Counted from the first letter of the stretch, positions 1-11,886 are shown. The stretch is DNA of 64,000 bases from Batkoa obscura (GCA_030770535.1 JASVEC010000014.1:620001-684000); one strand, 5' to 3'. The notes: a model not told the origin generated them from the sequence alone. A program made the numbers and translations.

Positions 1-1625
1 TACTTTGCTGTTTAGAATGTTGAGATGTTTTATTTAGAATTTGATGGGTTAATTTTTACTCTTTACCTTTAAGGGTGAACAAAATATGGAAAAGAAGCGA
101 CACTCTTTTTCTTGAAAGACTTGTACCTCAAGTGCTTTACGTTGATAAATGAAGAATAGGCATAAAAAGCTGGTACTCCAAACACAGTATTATGAGGTGG
201 TGTTCTGAAAAGTATGGGATTTCGCTCAGTATATCCTTACCTTTTATAGATTTGGATAAGCGGAAAGAGCTCCACTCTGATTCAAGCCATCTGAGGCTTT
301 CCCGCTCAAGGGAAAGGAGATGAAGAGGCGTGGTTGTAGCCTGGAGAGAAAGTAAACTCTTATATAAAAATCCCAATGCGAGTAAGTTTTAATAGATCTT
401 CCAAATTAATTAAAAAGCTTAAGAAATAAATAATTGGCATCATATTTTGAAATCTGCATTTAGAAAAAAAATAATGAGCTTTCTGAAAAAGTGCATTGTA
501 AGTTTAAAACTGACATGTTTGAATTACAATAGTAAAAATGTAGCTAATATATATAACATAGCTTGCAGTAAGTAATATATTATTTTATAAGTGAAAAACA
601 AAATAAAACCTTATGTTATTCTTTAATTCAAATTGACTACCAAAAATCTTAAGAGATTTTATTTAGAACCCAGACTTGTAAACTATCGAAAAAGATAAGT
701 ATTTATTGATATTTATACATTAGTGAAACCCAAAAATGTATTATTGCTCAAATATACATAACTTGAGCAAAGTTTTATCTCTTTGTCTCATTATTTATGT
801 AGTGAATGAATGCTATATTACTTATTTTCAAGTAATGTTCTTATTGGATTAACATAGCATATTCTATATGGTTTACAATCATGATTTTTATTAGAGAATA
901 TAAACACTTTCTATAATTTATCAAGATGAAAAATCGAAAGTGCTCTTTACCCAAGCATTGTAATTTAATTATTAAATAGCTTTAATCATGATAATACTCA
1001 ATAAATAATTTGAAAATACCGCTTTTTTACTAAGTTTTATTAGTAAGCCAACTTGTAAAAAATAATATATTGAGTATACTAAAATGTATTAAAATCAATT
1101 AACTAAGGAATATTTGAATGACTTGATTTTTAGTGTGATTTTATAATTTCAAGGTATTATTTTTTCAAAATGCTAAAAGTAAAAATTTTATTTATAACAT
1201 TTTCCATATGAAGTAATTTTATTGAACTCCATCTCAAATTAAATAAAAACTAAAAAGTATTCCAAATAAATTTGAACAATGTATTAAATGAGCTGTAAAT
1301 ATTTTAAAAATTACAAGGTTACACATTTATGATATATTAAAGTTAAATTATTATTACATAATAAGTATATAATTTTGATAATATTTTATTTCGTAATAAG
1401 GCATATAAATCAACTGATTAAACTGAAATTGAAAAGCCTTCAATTTTGGGAATAACATAAAAATGGAGGTAGGTTTAATTAAATTCGAGTTTGATGACTT
1501 AATTTTGGGAAGTTTTACCAAATGACTAGAAATGCATTAAAAATAGTATATAAATACCTCAGGAAATGTTAAATTTTTGGAATAAATTAACTTAAATAAT
1601 TTTATTTTGTGGGTGGTAAAAGACA

Positions 1626-4600
1626 ATGGTAAACTTTAAACTACCAGTAGTGTATTTATTAGGAGGAAGTATTGGACTTGTCCTTGGACATGGCAATAAA
1701 TTTTATGGTGATCATGGAAGTCCGAAAACCGTTAGTTCAGTTGGACCTCAAGCTGATGATAGAAAAGCTTCTAGTGATTCTGATCCTCTTCCTATTCGTC
1801 CATTAGGTGAATGGGACATCAAGAAGCCACTAAGCGAAAAACTCAATTACAAAGTTAATGAAGCCACTTGGGTTAATGTAGATGTAAATCCTGAAGGCAG
1901 CGAGCTTATTTTTGATGTTCTTGGCGATATTTATACTCTCCCAATCACTGGGGGTAAAGCCAAACCACTTATTACTGGACCAGCCTTCGAAGTACAGCCT
2001 AAATACTCCAAGGATGGTAAGCGTATTTTATTCACTTCTGATCGTTCTGGAATTGACAATCTTTGGAGTGTTGATAGAGATGGTAAAAGCAACCCAGTCC
2101 CAGTAACTGATGAAAAATATCGTTTCACTAGTAATGGTCATTGGTCACCAAATGGTGATAAAGTTGTCGGTGTGAAATGGTTTACTTCAGAACGCTCTAT
2201 CCCAGCCGGTACTATTTATGAATATGATCTCAAAAACAAAAAAGGAAAGAAATTAGTTGGAAGTGTAAATGAACAAGTTGGTGTTGAGGAACCAATTTAT
2301 GACCCCAACCATCCAGACCTTATTTACTATTCCGGAAACTCTGTTGATAAAGGAACATGGGAGTACAGCAAAGACCCACATAAGGGTATCTTTAACATCT
2401 ATTCATTTAACACTACTTCTCAAGAAAAAGAAACTATTGCTGGAGGAACTGGTGGTGCAGCTCGCCCAACTCCTTCTAATAGCGGTAAATATTTAGCATT
2501 TGTACGTAAAGTTGAATTTAATTGGGGATTAATTGTTCGTGAGCTTGAAACTGGTAATGAGAAGATTCTTTGGGAAGGCCTATCTCGTGATAATCAAGAA
2601 TCAAGCGCTTCTACTGGTGCTTACCCACGCTTCTCATGGACCAAAGATGATCAATCCATCATCATTTGGGCTAAAGGGAAGCTTTGGAATGTACCAGTTG
2701 ATTCTAAACCTATTAAAGAAATCCCATTTGAAGTTGATGTTAACTTAGATATTGCCAAAACCCTCCGTCCAAAAATTGATTTAGTAGATTATAACTGCAA
2801 AAGTGAGTTCAAAAACGCTGCAGTTAAATATTATGATGTTTCTAATGATGGAAAGAAAGCTATTTTCATAGTTGTTGGGAAAACTTACATTAAAGATTTA
2901 GAAAGCAACAAAATTGAAGAAATCAGATTACCTTACGATGAAGAAAATCGATACTCTCCAAGTTTCCACCCAACTAATCCCAATCTTATTGTACAAGGAA
3001 GATGGAATGATAAAAAGATGACTACCGTCGAAATTGTCGATGTCAAAGAGAAAAAACTAGTCTCTGAACTTAAATTAAAGCCAGGAAGATATGATTACTT
3101 TTCTTTATCTCATGATGGAAAGACTTTAGCATTGACCAAGTCTTCGGGCGATCCAATTTCTGGAGACTTATTATATACAACTAAACCTGGTGTATATACT
3201 GTTCAACTTGATCCTAGCTTCCAAGCTGTTGAAAATTCTTACAAACTATTAATACCTGGCGAAACTGCCCAAGCCAAGTTTGTAAATGATGATAAAAAGG
3301 TCAAAGTTGGAGGCATTACCACCACTCCTTATCTCTTCGATATTGCTAGCGGAAATACTGTATCTTATGGCCAAGTAAATGACTCTTATCAAGGTAATGA
3401 AGTTAGTGATGATGGGTCTAAAATCGTATTTAATCAATATCATCATGTTTATATTTCATCTATTCCTTCAAATACTACTGATTATGTATACTGGTCTAAG
3501 CCAGGCTCTCAACCAAAGGATCTTATTAGACTTACAACTGATGGTGGTGAATATCCAATTATTAAAAATGGCAAAGTTTATTATTTGTTAGCTGCCAATT
3601 TATTCGAAGCTGATATTTCTGCCGTCCAAGCTAAATGCGAAGCTATTGCTTCTCAAGATACATACAAATTTGGCGCTGACTGTGCTAAGGACTTATTAAA
3701 GAAACACGATCTTTCAGTCGTCCTCAAGACCAATAAGCCAACTGATAATGATGTATTTGTACTTGACAACGCCGTAATTGTTACTATGCAAACTGGTGAT
3801 GAAAAAAAAGATATTATCAAAGAAGGTAGAGTTGTAGTTAAGGGTAATAAGGTTCTTTCTGTTGGTAATACTTGGGATGTCAAAATTCCAAAAAACGCCA
3901 AGGTTTATAATCTTAACGGTGGTACAGTGGTCCCAGGTTTTATTGATGCTCATGCACATTGGAATACTCCTCAATTCCCGGTTCAAGGTCAATGGGAACA
4001 ACAACTCCAACTTGCTTATGGTGTCACCACTCAACATAATCCATCTTATGAAGATGTTGACAATTATGTTGAACAAGATTATGAACGTTCTGGTAGATTG
4101 GTTGCACCAAGATTATTTGGTACTGGCGCAATTCTCTATGGCGCAGCAGGCGCTTATAGAGTTGAAATCAACTCAATTGAAGATGCTTTATCTGCTCTTC
4201 GTCGCCACAAAGCTTATGGCGCTTGGTCAGTAAAATCTTATAACCAACCAGCCCGCGCAGCTCGTCAAATGGTAATTGAAGCAGGTAAGAGACTTAATAT
4301 GACTGTTGTTCCAGAGGGTGGTATGCATACTTACTGGAATACTAATCAAATTATCGATGGTCATACTACTATCGAACATTCTATTCCAACTGGCACAATT
4401 TACCAAGATTTGATTCAACTATTTGCTAAATCTGGTACTGCCTGGACCCCAACTCTTATTGTATCTTATGGTGGTATTATGGGAGAAAATTGGGCTTATC
4501 AAAACACGAATGTATGGGAAGAAGGCACACTTAGAAAATTACACCCTCTTCGTCCACTTGAAGCTGATACTTTCCGCAAACCAGCTGCTGATGACAGGGA

Positions 4601-5009
4601 TTATGTCCACTTTGAAATTGCTCGTTCAGCTGGTGAGGTAATTCGTCAAGGTGGTCTTGTTAATACTGGTGCTCATGGACAGAGGAAAGGTATTGGCTAC
4701 CATTGGGAGTTAAAATTCTTTTCTCAAGGTAATCTTACTAACTATGAGGTACTTAAAGTTGCTACTCGTAATCCAGCCCAATCCCTTGGTCTCCATGGTG
4801 TTGGTCAAATTAAACCTGGCTTTTTAGCTGATTTGGTTGTATATAACAGGGAAAACTCCCCCCTTAAATCTATTGATCATAGCAAGTTCATTGACAAAGT
4901 TGTATTAAATGGATTTGTTTATGATGCTGCTACGTTAAAGAGAATATTCCCAACTGAAAAGAACTCGCCCCCTATTCCAGTTTTCAATAATGAAATAGTT
5001 CACGCTTAA
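1626..5009 (+). CDS. Probably secreted TolB/PD40 beta-propeller + metal-dependent amidohydrolase fusion, intronless (1127 aa)
   Basis: Hydrophobic N-terminus; PD40-like repeats (VDVNPEGSELIFDVLGDIYTLP, QPKYSKDGKRILFTSDRSG, WSPNGDKV); amidohydrolase motifs PGFIDAHAH, VKSY, TIEH, GAHGQ, GQIKPGFLADLVV; TATAAA ~75 bp upstream. Confidence 0.85.
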   Translation: MVNFKLPVVYLLGGSIGLVLGHGNKFYGDHGSPKTVSSVGPQADDRKASSDSDPLPIRPLGEWDIKKPLSEKLNYKVNEATWVNVDVNPEGSELIFDVLGDIYTLPITGGKAKPLITGPAFEVQPKYSKDGKRILFTSDRSGIDNLWSVDRDGKSNPVPVTDEKYRFTSNGHWSPNGDKVVGVKWFTSERSIPAGTIYEYDLKNKKGKKLVGSVNEQVGVEEPIYDPNHPDLIYYSGNSVDKGTWEYSKDPHKGIFNIYSFNTTSQEKETIAGGTGGAARPTPSNSGKYLAFVRKVEFNWGLIVRELETGNEKILWEGLSRDNQESSASTGAYPRFSWTKDDQSIIIWAKGKLWNVPVDSKPIKEIPFEVDVNLDIAKTLRPKIDLVDYNCKSEFKNAAVKYYDVSNDGKKAIFIVVGKTYIKDLESNKIEEIRLPYDEENRYSPSFHPTNPNLIVQGRWNDKKMTTVEIVDVKEKKLVSELKLKPGRYDYFSLSHDGKTLALTKSSGDPISGDLLYTTKPGVYTVQLDPSFQAVENSYKLLIPGETAQAKFVNDDKKVKVGGITTTPYLFDIASGNTVSYGQVNDSYQGNEVSDDGSKIVFNQYHHVYISSIPSNTTDYVYWSKPGSQPKDLIRLTTDGGEYPIIKNGKVYYLLAANLFEADISAVQAKCEAIASQDTYKFGADCAKDLLKKHDLSVVLKTNKPTDNDVFVLDNAVIVTMQTGDEKKDIIKEGRVVVKGNKVLSVGNTWDVKIPKNAKVYNLNGGTVVPGFIDAHAHWNTPQFPVQGQWEQQLQLAYGVTTQHNPSYEDVDNYVEQDYERSGRLVAPRLFGTGAILYGAAGAYRVEINSIEDALSALRRHKAYGAWSVKSYNQPARAARQMVIEAGKRLNMTVVPEGGMHTYWNTNQIIDGHTTIEHSIPTGTIYQDLIQLFAKSGTAWTPTLIVSYGGIMGENWAYQNTNVWEEGTLRKLHPLRPLEADTFRKPAADDRDYVHFEIARSAGEVIRQGGLVNTGAHGQRKGIGYHWELKFFSQGNLTNYEVLKVATRNPAQSLGLHGVGQIKPGFLADLVVYNRENSPLKSIDHSKFIDKVVLNGFVYDAATLKRIFPTEKNSPPIPVFNNEIVHA

Positions 5010-5507
5010 AAGTATTTCCAAAATAAATTAATTACTAGCATTTTATACTTTGTTTTACATTTTTTTATATTCTTAATTTATAGACCAAACTTACTCTTTT
5101 AAGCATTTGATATACACATTCATAATGTTGAAATTGAAGTATTAAGATTAAATATAAATAATTTTATGAGCTGGTTAAATTTTTATAAAATACCACAAAG
5201 GGAGGCTATGACTTTATATAAGTTCACAATCATGTTTTATATGTATGTTTTCATTGTTTATCTATTCATTATTTGAAAGTCTTATACAATAACTATTTTT
5301 TGTATAATAAGGCCTATTTGAAATTCATATTATTTAATAAATTTATTGCAATAGATAAACCAATTTAAAGCTAATAAAAAAGTAAAATAAATACTATTAG
5401 GTGATAATAAATGGACTTATCAAAGCTAAAATAAAATAAAGTCTGATAGAAAAATATTTATCAGAATTGTTAGGTTTAGTAAAATTTAAATTTATTCTTA
5501 AGAAATA

Positions 5508-5596
5508 GGGGGATGTTTTTTTTCATTATTTTTCCATTTCTTAAGCGCTGTTTGAGCCGAAAGGTTGGTAAAATCTCAAATACAAAATATGTCCCC
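5508..5596 (-). mobile_element. MITE family A copy
   Basis: GGG...CCCC ends with core TAAGCGCTGTTTGAG. Confidence 0.7.
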
Positions 5597-5871
5597 ATAT
5601 AATAAACTTAATAATTAAGAATTAAATTAGAAAGGGAAAAAGTTGATTGGTTTATTTTTATATATTACTTTTGATAAAAGTATTATAAAAGCTAAAAATT
5701 TTAATTTTTAATTTTTATAAATTTAAATTTATACACAATATTATTTTATAATATAAATAGATGATAAAAAAGTGAAAGTTAAAGAAAGATTTCAAAATAG
5801 CTTGCTTAATAAATATATAACAATGCATTATATTTTTAAGTAAAAACAATTACTGTTTATAGTACTATAGT

Positions 5872-5970
5872 GGGAGTGTTTTTTTTGGTTTGATTATTTT
5901 TTGCATTTTTTAAGCGCTATTTAAGCGGAAATTTTGTTAATAAAATTCTTAAACACAAAAATACATCCCC
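5872..5970 (-). mobile_element. MITE family A copy
   Basis: GGGAGTGTTTT...ATACATCCCC, reverse complement of the consensus. Confidence 0.8.
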
Positions 5971-6124
5971 AATCTTAGATAAAGTTGACAGTTAATAAGT
6001 TTTAAATTATACAATTGAAACAAATTATAGTTTATAAGTATAATACATAATAAAAAATGAGCTATATAAAGTATTACAAGCATAAAGGATTTATCAGTAA
6101 GCTATATAAAATAATAAAACAAAT

Positions 6125-6218
6125 GGGGATGTGTTTTTTTAAGGGTTTTACTAACAATGTTTCCACTCAAATAGCTTTTGGAAAATAAAGAAAGTGATAA
6201 AACCAAAAAAATATCCTT
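6125..6218 (+). mobile_element. MITE family A copy (diverged)
   Basis: GGGGATGTG...CCACTCAAATAGC. Confidence 0.7.
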
Positions 6219-6435
6219 GTATGTAAGTTTTAATGTAAAAATAAAGTATAACAGTATTCAAATTAGTTTATATAAATATTGGTATTTTTTAAAAAATGTT
6301 TTTATTTAAAATATAATAATTTAAAAAACGAAAACTTTATACTTATTTAAATAATTTGGTAATAGATAGTTTAATTTAAAAATAAATATAAACATTCTAA
6401 GTTAAAAAATATGACAGCCTTAATATATAATCCAG

Positions 6436-6750
6436 TGTGAAATATCGCTTTGTGAGCTCTGTGATTGACTATAATATAACAATCATCTAAGTTGTTGTGT
6501 TCTCGAGCTTACAGACAATCAGCCCCGAGCCTTTTATTTTGGTTTGTTATGAGAATTTCTGCCATGTAATTCCGAAAGATATTATCTCCTCATTTCGATA
6601 TCCATACTTATTGAAGTATAAAAGAGATTTTAGAACATAGTAACTCGAGGCTTTTTAACTGAATTATTCTCTGATATCTCGAGCATTTAATAAAGCCACT
6701 AAGTTTACTTAACCTTATTTTATGTAGATTTTGCAGTAGTAGTATCTATT
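6436..6750 (-). mobile_element. Truncated inverted copy of the solo-LTR-like element at 7610-8075
   Basis: Reverse complement of 7761-8075; only 2 mismatches seen, both near the outer end. Confidence 0.75.
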
Positions 6751-6975
6751 CTATTAATTTATTAATAATACAAATTATTTTTCTATTCATTTTATGCAAT
6801 TTACTTGATTATTATGTATCACTTTTTACTTATAAATTAATTTTAATTATTAAAGCTAAAATTTTTCAACTTATAAATAGTTAACTAAAAAACTTTACAC
6901 TACTTTTTGTTTTCACTAAAACATAAAAACGATATTATTATTAGGGATTTAAACTAAAAAATAACATAAATGCAT

Positions 6976-7057
6976 CGACACCTGCAGGATTTGAACCTGC
7001 GCGGGGAAACCCCATGAGCTTTCTAGGCTCACGCCTTAACCGCTCGGCCAAAGTGTC
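6976..7057 (-). tRNA. tRNA-Ser(AGA)
   Basis: Acceptor GACACTT/AGGTGTC, anticodon arm TGAGC-CTAGAAA-GCTCA, long variable arm GGGG-TTT-CCCC, T-loop TTCAAAT. Confidence 0.95.
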
Positions 7058-7099
7058 ACAATATGATTATTTTATGAGATTATTTTATTTTAAACAAAT

Positions 7100-7192
7100 G
7101 AGAAATATTTTTCTAAGAATTTTACTAATAATCTTTCCACTTAAATAGTGCTTAAAAAATGGAAAAGTAATGAAATCAAGAAAAACAGCCCC
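7100..7192 (+). mobile_element. MITE family A copy, AAAT on both sides
   Basis: AAAT-GAGA...CCCC-AAAT; ~40 bp upstream of tRNA-Ser. Confidence 0.75.
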
Positions 7193-7346
7193 AAATACTT
7201 AAATTCTGTTAAACTCGTATTAAATAATAAATATAATTATAATAGCAAATAAGAAACTTGATGTAAAAGCTCATAAGATTATTATCTATAATTATATAAC
7301 TATCAACAATATACTTTTAATAAAAGTTTAGTATAAAAATAACGTT

Positions 7347-7445
7347 AGGGATGTTTTTTTTGGCTTCACTATTTTTTTCATTTTTTGAGCGCTACTTGAG
7401 TGGAAAGATTGTTAGTAGAATTCCTATACAAAAAAATATACCCTC
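7347..7445 (-). mobile_element. MITE family A copy
   Basis: AGGGATGTTTT...GAGCGCTACTTGAGTGGAAAG. Confidence 0.75.
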
Positions 7446-7609
7446 ATTAATAAATTAAAGTCTATGAATATAATGTTATATTTAATTTTTTAACTAAAAT
7501 CCTTTCAAAATAATTTGAAAAATTAAACTTTTAACTAATGAAAGTTATAAAACTTTATAGCAAAATTTTTAACTTTTAAAAATAATGAAAAATAGTAAAA
7601 TAAATCTGG

Positions 7610-8075
7610 TGTAAAATCTGGTACCCGGTGTTTGGAGTCAAAAACAGCTATTGCCTGGTTGACTACATTATAAGTCGAAAGGTCTTAGTTTGTGTGACTA
7701 AGATAGACTTAAATTATGAAGAATACCACGTAATAGGCTAGGGGTATGTAAAATAAATAAAATAGATACTACTACTGCAAAATCTACATAAAATAAGGTT
7801 AAGTAAACTTAGTGGCTTTATTAAATGCTCGAGATATCAGAGAATAATTCAGTTAAAAAGCCTCGAGTTACTATGTTCTAAAATCTCTTTTATACTTCAA
7901 TAAGTATGGATATCGAAATGAGGAGATAATATCTTTCGGAATTACATGGCAGAAATTCTCATAACAAACCAAAATAAAAGGCTCGGGGCTGATTGTCTGT
8001 AAGCTCGAGAACACAACAACTTAGATGATTGTTATATTATAGTCAATCACAGAGCTCACAAAGTGATATTTTACA
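7610..8075 (+). mobile_element. Solo-LTR-like element (466 bp)
   Basis: TG...CA ends with perfect 8-bp terminal inverted repeat TGTAAAAT/ATTTTACA; GC-richer than flanks; second copy nearby. True orientation unknown. Confidence 0.65.
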
Positions 8076-8164
8076 CTTTATAATTAATAATATGAAAAAA
8101 ACTAAAGTATTTTTTATAAATAGTAAGAAAAGTGTTTTTTTTTAACATATTAGAAATAAAATAT

Positions 8165-8262
8165 GGGGATGTATTTTTGTATTTAAGAATTTTACCAACA
8201 AATTTTCCACTCAAATAGCGCTTAAAAAATGGAAAAAATAATGAAGTCAAAAAAACACTCCC
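8165..8262 (+). mobile_element. MITE family A reference copy (98 bp)
   Basis: ATAT-GGGGATGTATTTTT...AAAAAAACACTCCC-ATAT, imperfect ~14-bp TIRs. Confidence 0.85.
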
Positions 8263-8838
8263 ATATCTATAAGTTAAAATATCAAAATAAACTTTCTATC
8301 TTAAAAGCGTTAAACTGATAAAATAACCAGCAGTTATACCAATGTATTATTTATTCGTTTAAATTATTTTAGTCTTTTCATTACTATTTTAATTATAAAT
8401 ACCTTTATTATTGATTTTTACTGTTAAAGCCCTGGCTTTCTTTTTTACAATTTACAATACTATTCATCCAAATGGTAATAAATGCTATTAAAATTTTTAA
8501 ATATTATATCTTAATAATTAACAAAGTGACTGTTTACATGTTTTTATAAAAAAACATTTTAAAATGATACAGAAATACCGCTTCTTAACTATAATATTTT
8601 AATTATTTAGATATTATTACGTTTTGTTTTTATATTAAAAGCTATATATATTATTTAGTTTATTTTTTTAGCTATATTTTTGTTGTGTTTGTTTTTATTA
8701 TTTATATAATTTATTAATAAACATTTTATATTTACATTAAACCCAATAAATTACTTATAATTCATATCAACAGCTTTAGTTTAATTTAAAATATTCAAAC
8801 AATGAAATTAAGTTAATGATTAAAATTTATAAATTTAT

Positions 8839-9996
8839 TTATGCGATAGCATTATAAGCTAAATAATTTTTTGTGTTTGCATCAAAACCTTTGATAGCAT
8901 TTTTAGTAGCAATTGATTGAATATATGACTTGATTTGTGGGATAGTATATGAGCCTTTAGAATAAAAGTAAGCAGCAAGTCCAGCAACATGAGGAGTAGC
9001 CATAGAAGTACCAGAGATAGTATTTGTACCACCATTGTTCCAAGTAGATAAAATATTAACTCCAGGAGCAATAATATCGACACATTGCCCATAGTTGGAA
9101 AATGAAGCTTTGTTGTCATTAATATCAGAAGCGCCAACGGTAAAAGCAGTACTAGCTGATGCTGGCGAATAACTACAGGCATCGTCATTGCTATTACCAG
9201 CAGCTACAACTGATAATATACCTTGGTTTGTAGCAGCGTCTACAGCATTATTCACTGAGTCAATTTTTCCACCGCCAATACTCATAGAAATGATATTTCC
9301 TCTGCTTCCGCGTTTGTCTCCAGCAGCCCAGTTAATACCAGAAATAATACCACTCCAAGAACCTGAACCACTGCTATCCAGCACTTTTACTGCAACAATA
9401 TTTACTTTTTTGCTTACACCATAGGAACGTGATCCTATTGTACCAGCACAGTGACTACCATGTCCATTTTCGTCACTGTTGGGGCTTCCATCAACAAAAT
9501 TAGCTCCCCAAACTGCTCTTCCTTCAAATTCTGGATGACCAATAGCAACACCAGTATCAACAACATAGACTACTACTCCACTACCATCACCATTATATGT
9601 ATAAGTAGATTGGCTGTTAAATTGCCTTTGAGAAACACGAGCTAAACCCCAAGGTGCATTACTTTGAACAGTTTTTACGCTAACTTTACCATCAGTTTCA
9701 ATAAAGTCAACATCAGGGAGATTTCTAACTTTATCCAATACTTCTGGGGTTAACTTAGCATGGTAAATTTTCCCAAGATGAGTATAAACGCTCTTGATTT
9801 TATTGTTATCGCTACGGTCTTTAAATAAAGCTTTAACAGTGTCCAAATGAGCATCAATGGTAGTACGAGTATCTTTTCTTAGATTAATAATGTATTCGCC
9901 AGGTATACTGTCCTTTACTTGGCGAAGAGGGGCAATCCCGGCAAAAATCGCTGAGATTAAAGTACTTGAAACTGATAATATAGTGATCACTCTCAT
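8839..9996 (-). CDS. Secreted subtilisin-like serine protease (S8A, proteinase K type) with I9 prodomain
   Basis: Signal peptide, IPGEYII prodomain, mature QSNAPWGLARVS, triad motifs VVDTG, HGSHCAG, GTSMATPHVAG, oxyanion AAGN. Confidence 0.95.
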   Translation of the reverse strand: MRVITILSVSSTLISAIFAGIAPLRQVKDSIPGEYIINLRKDTRTTIDAHLDTVKALFKDRSDNNKIKSVYTHLGKIYHAKLTPEVLDKVRNLPDVDFIETDGKVSVKTVQSNAPWGLARVSQRQFNSQSTYTYNGDGSGVVVYVVDTGVAIGHPEFEGRAVWGANFVDGSPNSDENGHGSHCAGTIGSRSYGVSKKVNIVAVKVLDSSGSGSWSGIISGINWAAGDKRGSRGNIISMSIGGGKIDSVNNAVDAATNQGILSVVAAGNSNDDACSYSPASASTAFTVGASDINDNKASFSNYGQCVDIIAPGVNILSTWNNGGTNTISGTSMATPHVAGLAAYFYSKGSYTIPQIKSYIQSIATKNAIKGFDANTKNYLAYNAIA

Positions 9997-11164
9997 ATTT
10001 AAAAGATATGGTATTAATGTTTAATGTTTCCCTAGCGATTGGAGGTATTATATACCTTCTTTATATCACTACGCCAATCACCTTTAAGGTCGTACAGTTA
10101 CAGCTGATATATCATATATCATATGGGTTATCACTTATCTTTATCCTTATTTTCGTAAAACATTAGAATAATGATAAATTTGAATTAGATTATTAGTATT
10201 TTAGTTCACTATCTATAAAACAGGTCACCTGTAAGGTTGATATTTATAAATTTCATATTAAAGAGAAGTTAATCTTCAAATCGTATTTTTCACAATTTTA
10301 TTTTGATTGTACACTCATAAGATATTATTCGTTTATTCGATCAAGGTCTTTGTTAGTCAAATTTGTTCTCAATAAATCTATATTTACCATAATACTATGA
10401 AATATTATAAATATAATATAGTTAGTTTCTTGCTTTAAATAATAAAACATAATAATGCTTTTTAAATTAAGCTCAGGGACACTATATAAAAGACTTTAGA
10501 CTAGAGCCTGACAAAAACCCTATAAAAATTACATTTCTAATGTTCCAAATATATACAATCATCAATTAAATATTTCGTGATCTTTTTATTTAAGAAAGAG
10601 ATTAATTTATTTGCATCATCCACAAAGATAAGTAATATTAAATTTTACTCCTTTCAAAATTAAACGCTTCTATCCTATTAATATTTTATTATAAAAAATA
10701 ACGTGAATTGATAAATACAATTTGTGCATTGTAAATAAAGTTTTATTCATTTTTAGAAAATTGATCCCCATACCTTATTTTAAATGATATGCTATTTTAT
10801 TAAGGTAAAGTCATAGATAATTTAAATTCTACAACTTGTGATTCATCATTAACAAAAACACTAGTATATTTTTATTAAATTAGCTGTGTCAAGATTGCTT
10901 AAAATTACTTGAAAATTTCCTTGAAAAAAGCCTGCCATCTTCCGCTATTTACTCCGATATATTAAATCTATTCATATTGTTGCAACTATTAAATATTCAT
11001 AGATAGTCATTGTAAATTGCCATGAAAGCTTCCGTTTGCTCTGTTCCATTTCTAAAAGTTTTTATTTCAAACCTTAAATAAAGGTCTCAATACTAAGTAG
11101 CTAATATCATTTTAATTTCTAAGTTTTGCTAGTCATTATTTTATGTTTAGAAATCATATCTAAG

Positions 11165-11478
11165 TTTTTCAAGGCTACATGGCTATTTAAGGAAAATATT
11201 TTGAACAAGTCAGCGAAATTTTCTCGACAATTTTTTCCTCAAAAATGATCAAAATATAAATATCATTTTAGAAACTTTATAGTTTGATCATCTTTGAAAA
11301 TTTGGTTGTTTAGAAAATTCTACCTCCCTTTGTTCAAAATATAGAGATATATTTTTGTGTTTAAGAACTTTATTGACAATTTTTCCACTTAAATAGTGCT
11401 TAAAAGATGAAGAAGTAATGAGGCTAAAAAAGCACCCCCATATCTTGTTTGAATGACTTTATAGATTTGAAAACCCTG
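11165..11478. mobile_element. Degenerate foldback element (family C) with a MITE A inserted in its right arm
   Basis: Imperfect inverted arms ATATTTTGAACAA...TGATCAAA / TTTGATCA...TTGTTCAAAATAT; arm similarity resumes after the MITE; right end ACCCTG-TA. Confidence 0.5.
11343..11439 (+). mobile_element. MITE family A copy nested in family C element
   Basis: ATAT-AGAG...CCCC-ATAT. Confidence 0.8.
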
Positions 11479-11804
11479 TATTTCAAATTTCGTCACAAAA
11501 ATTCAACACACAATGGATTAGTAATACTTAAAGTTTTGTTTTTGAGTTAAGAAACTATTTTAATCTATTGTTATGATAATTAAATTTTTAGCTTTTTAAT
11601 ACCAATAGCTTAATATTTATTATATGTAATTTAGGCTTTTATACAATAAAAATTAAATAGCTAAATCTAACAATTATACCTTAATACTAAATAGCCTTGA
11701 TACAAACTCAGTAAATATTTTTATATAAAAAGCACTCAATCATTTTTTACATTAGTAAACGCTATTCAGTCAAAGGTAAAAAATATCATTAATTGAATAT
11801 AAAA

Positions 11805-11886
11805 CGACACCTGCAGGATTTGAACCTGCGCGGGGAAACCCCATGAGCTTTCTAGGCTCACGCCTTAACCGCTCGGCCAAAGTGTC
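11805..11886 (-). tRNA. tRNA-Ser(AGA), identical to 6976-7057
   Basis: Same 82-nt sequence. Confidence 0.95.

Noticed and set aside
60..390. GC-richer block with a 79-aa ORF and an 18/19-bp match to ~12014 (TTCGCTYAGTATATCCTTA)
   Set aside because: Non-ATG start, no motif, and the match does not extend; cannot be assigned
745..770. TTGCTCAA...TTGAGCAA small inverted repeat
   Set aside because: An 8-bp stem is expected by chance in AT-rich DNA
1912..4641. Small ORFs nested in the long genes (also in subtilisin, tyrosinase and RhoGEF)
   Set aside because: Shadow frames of well-supported CDSs
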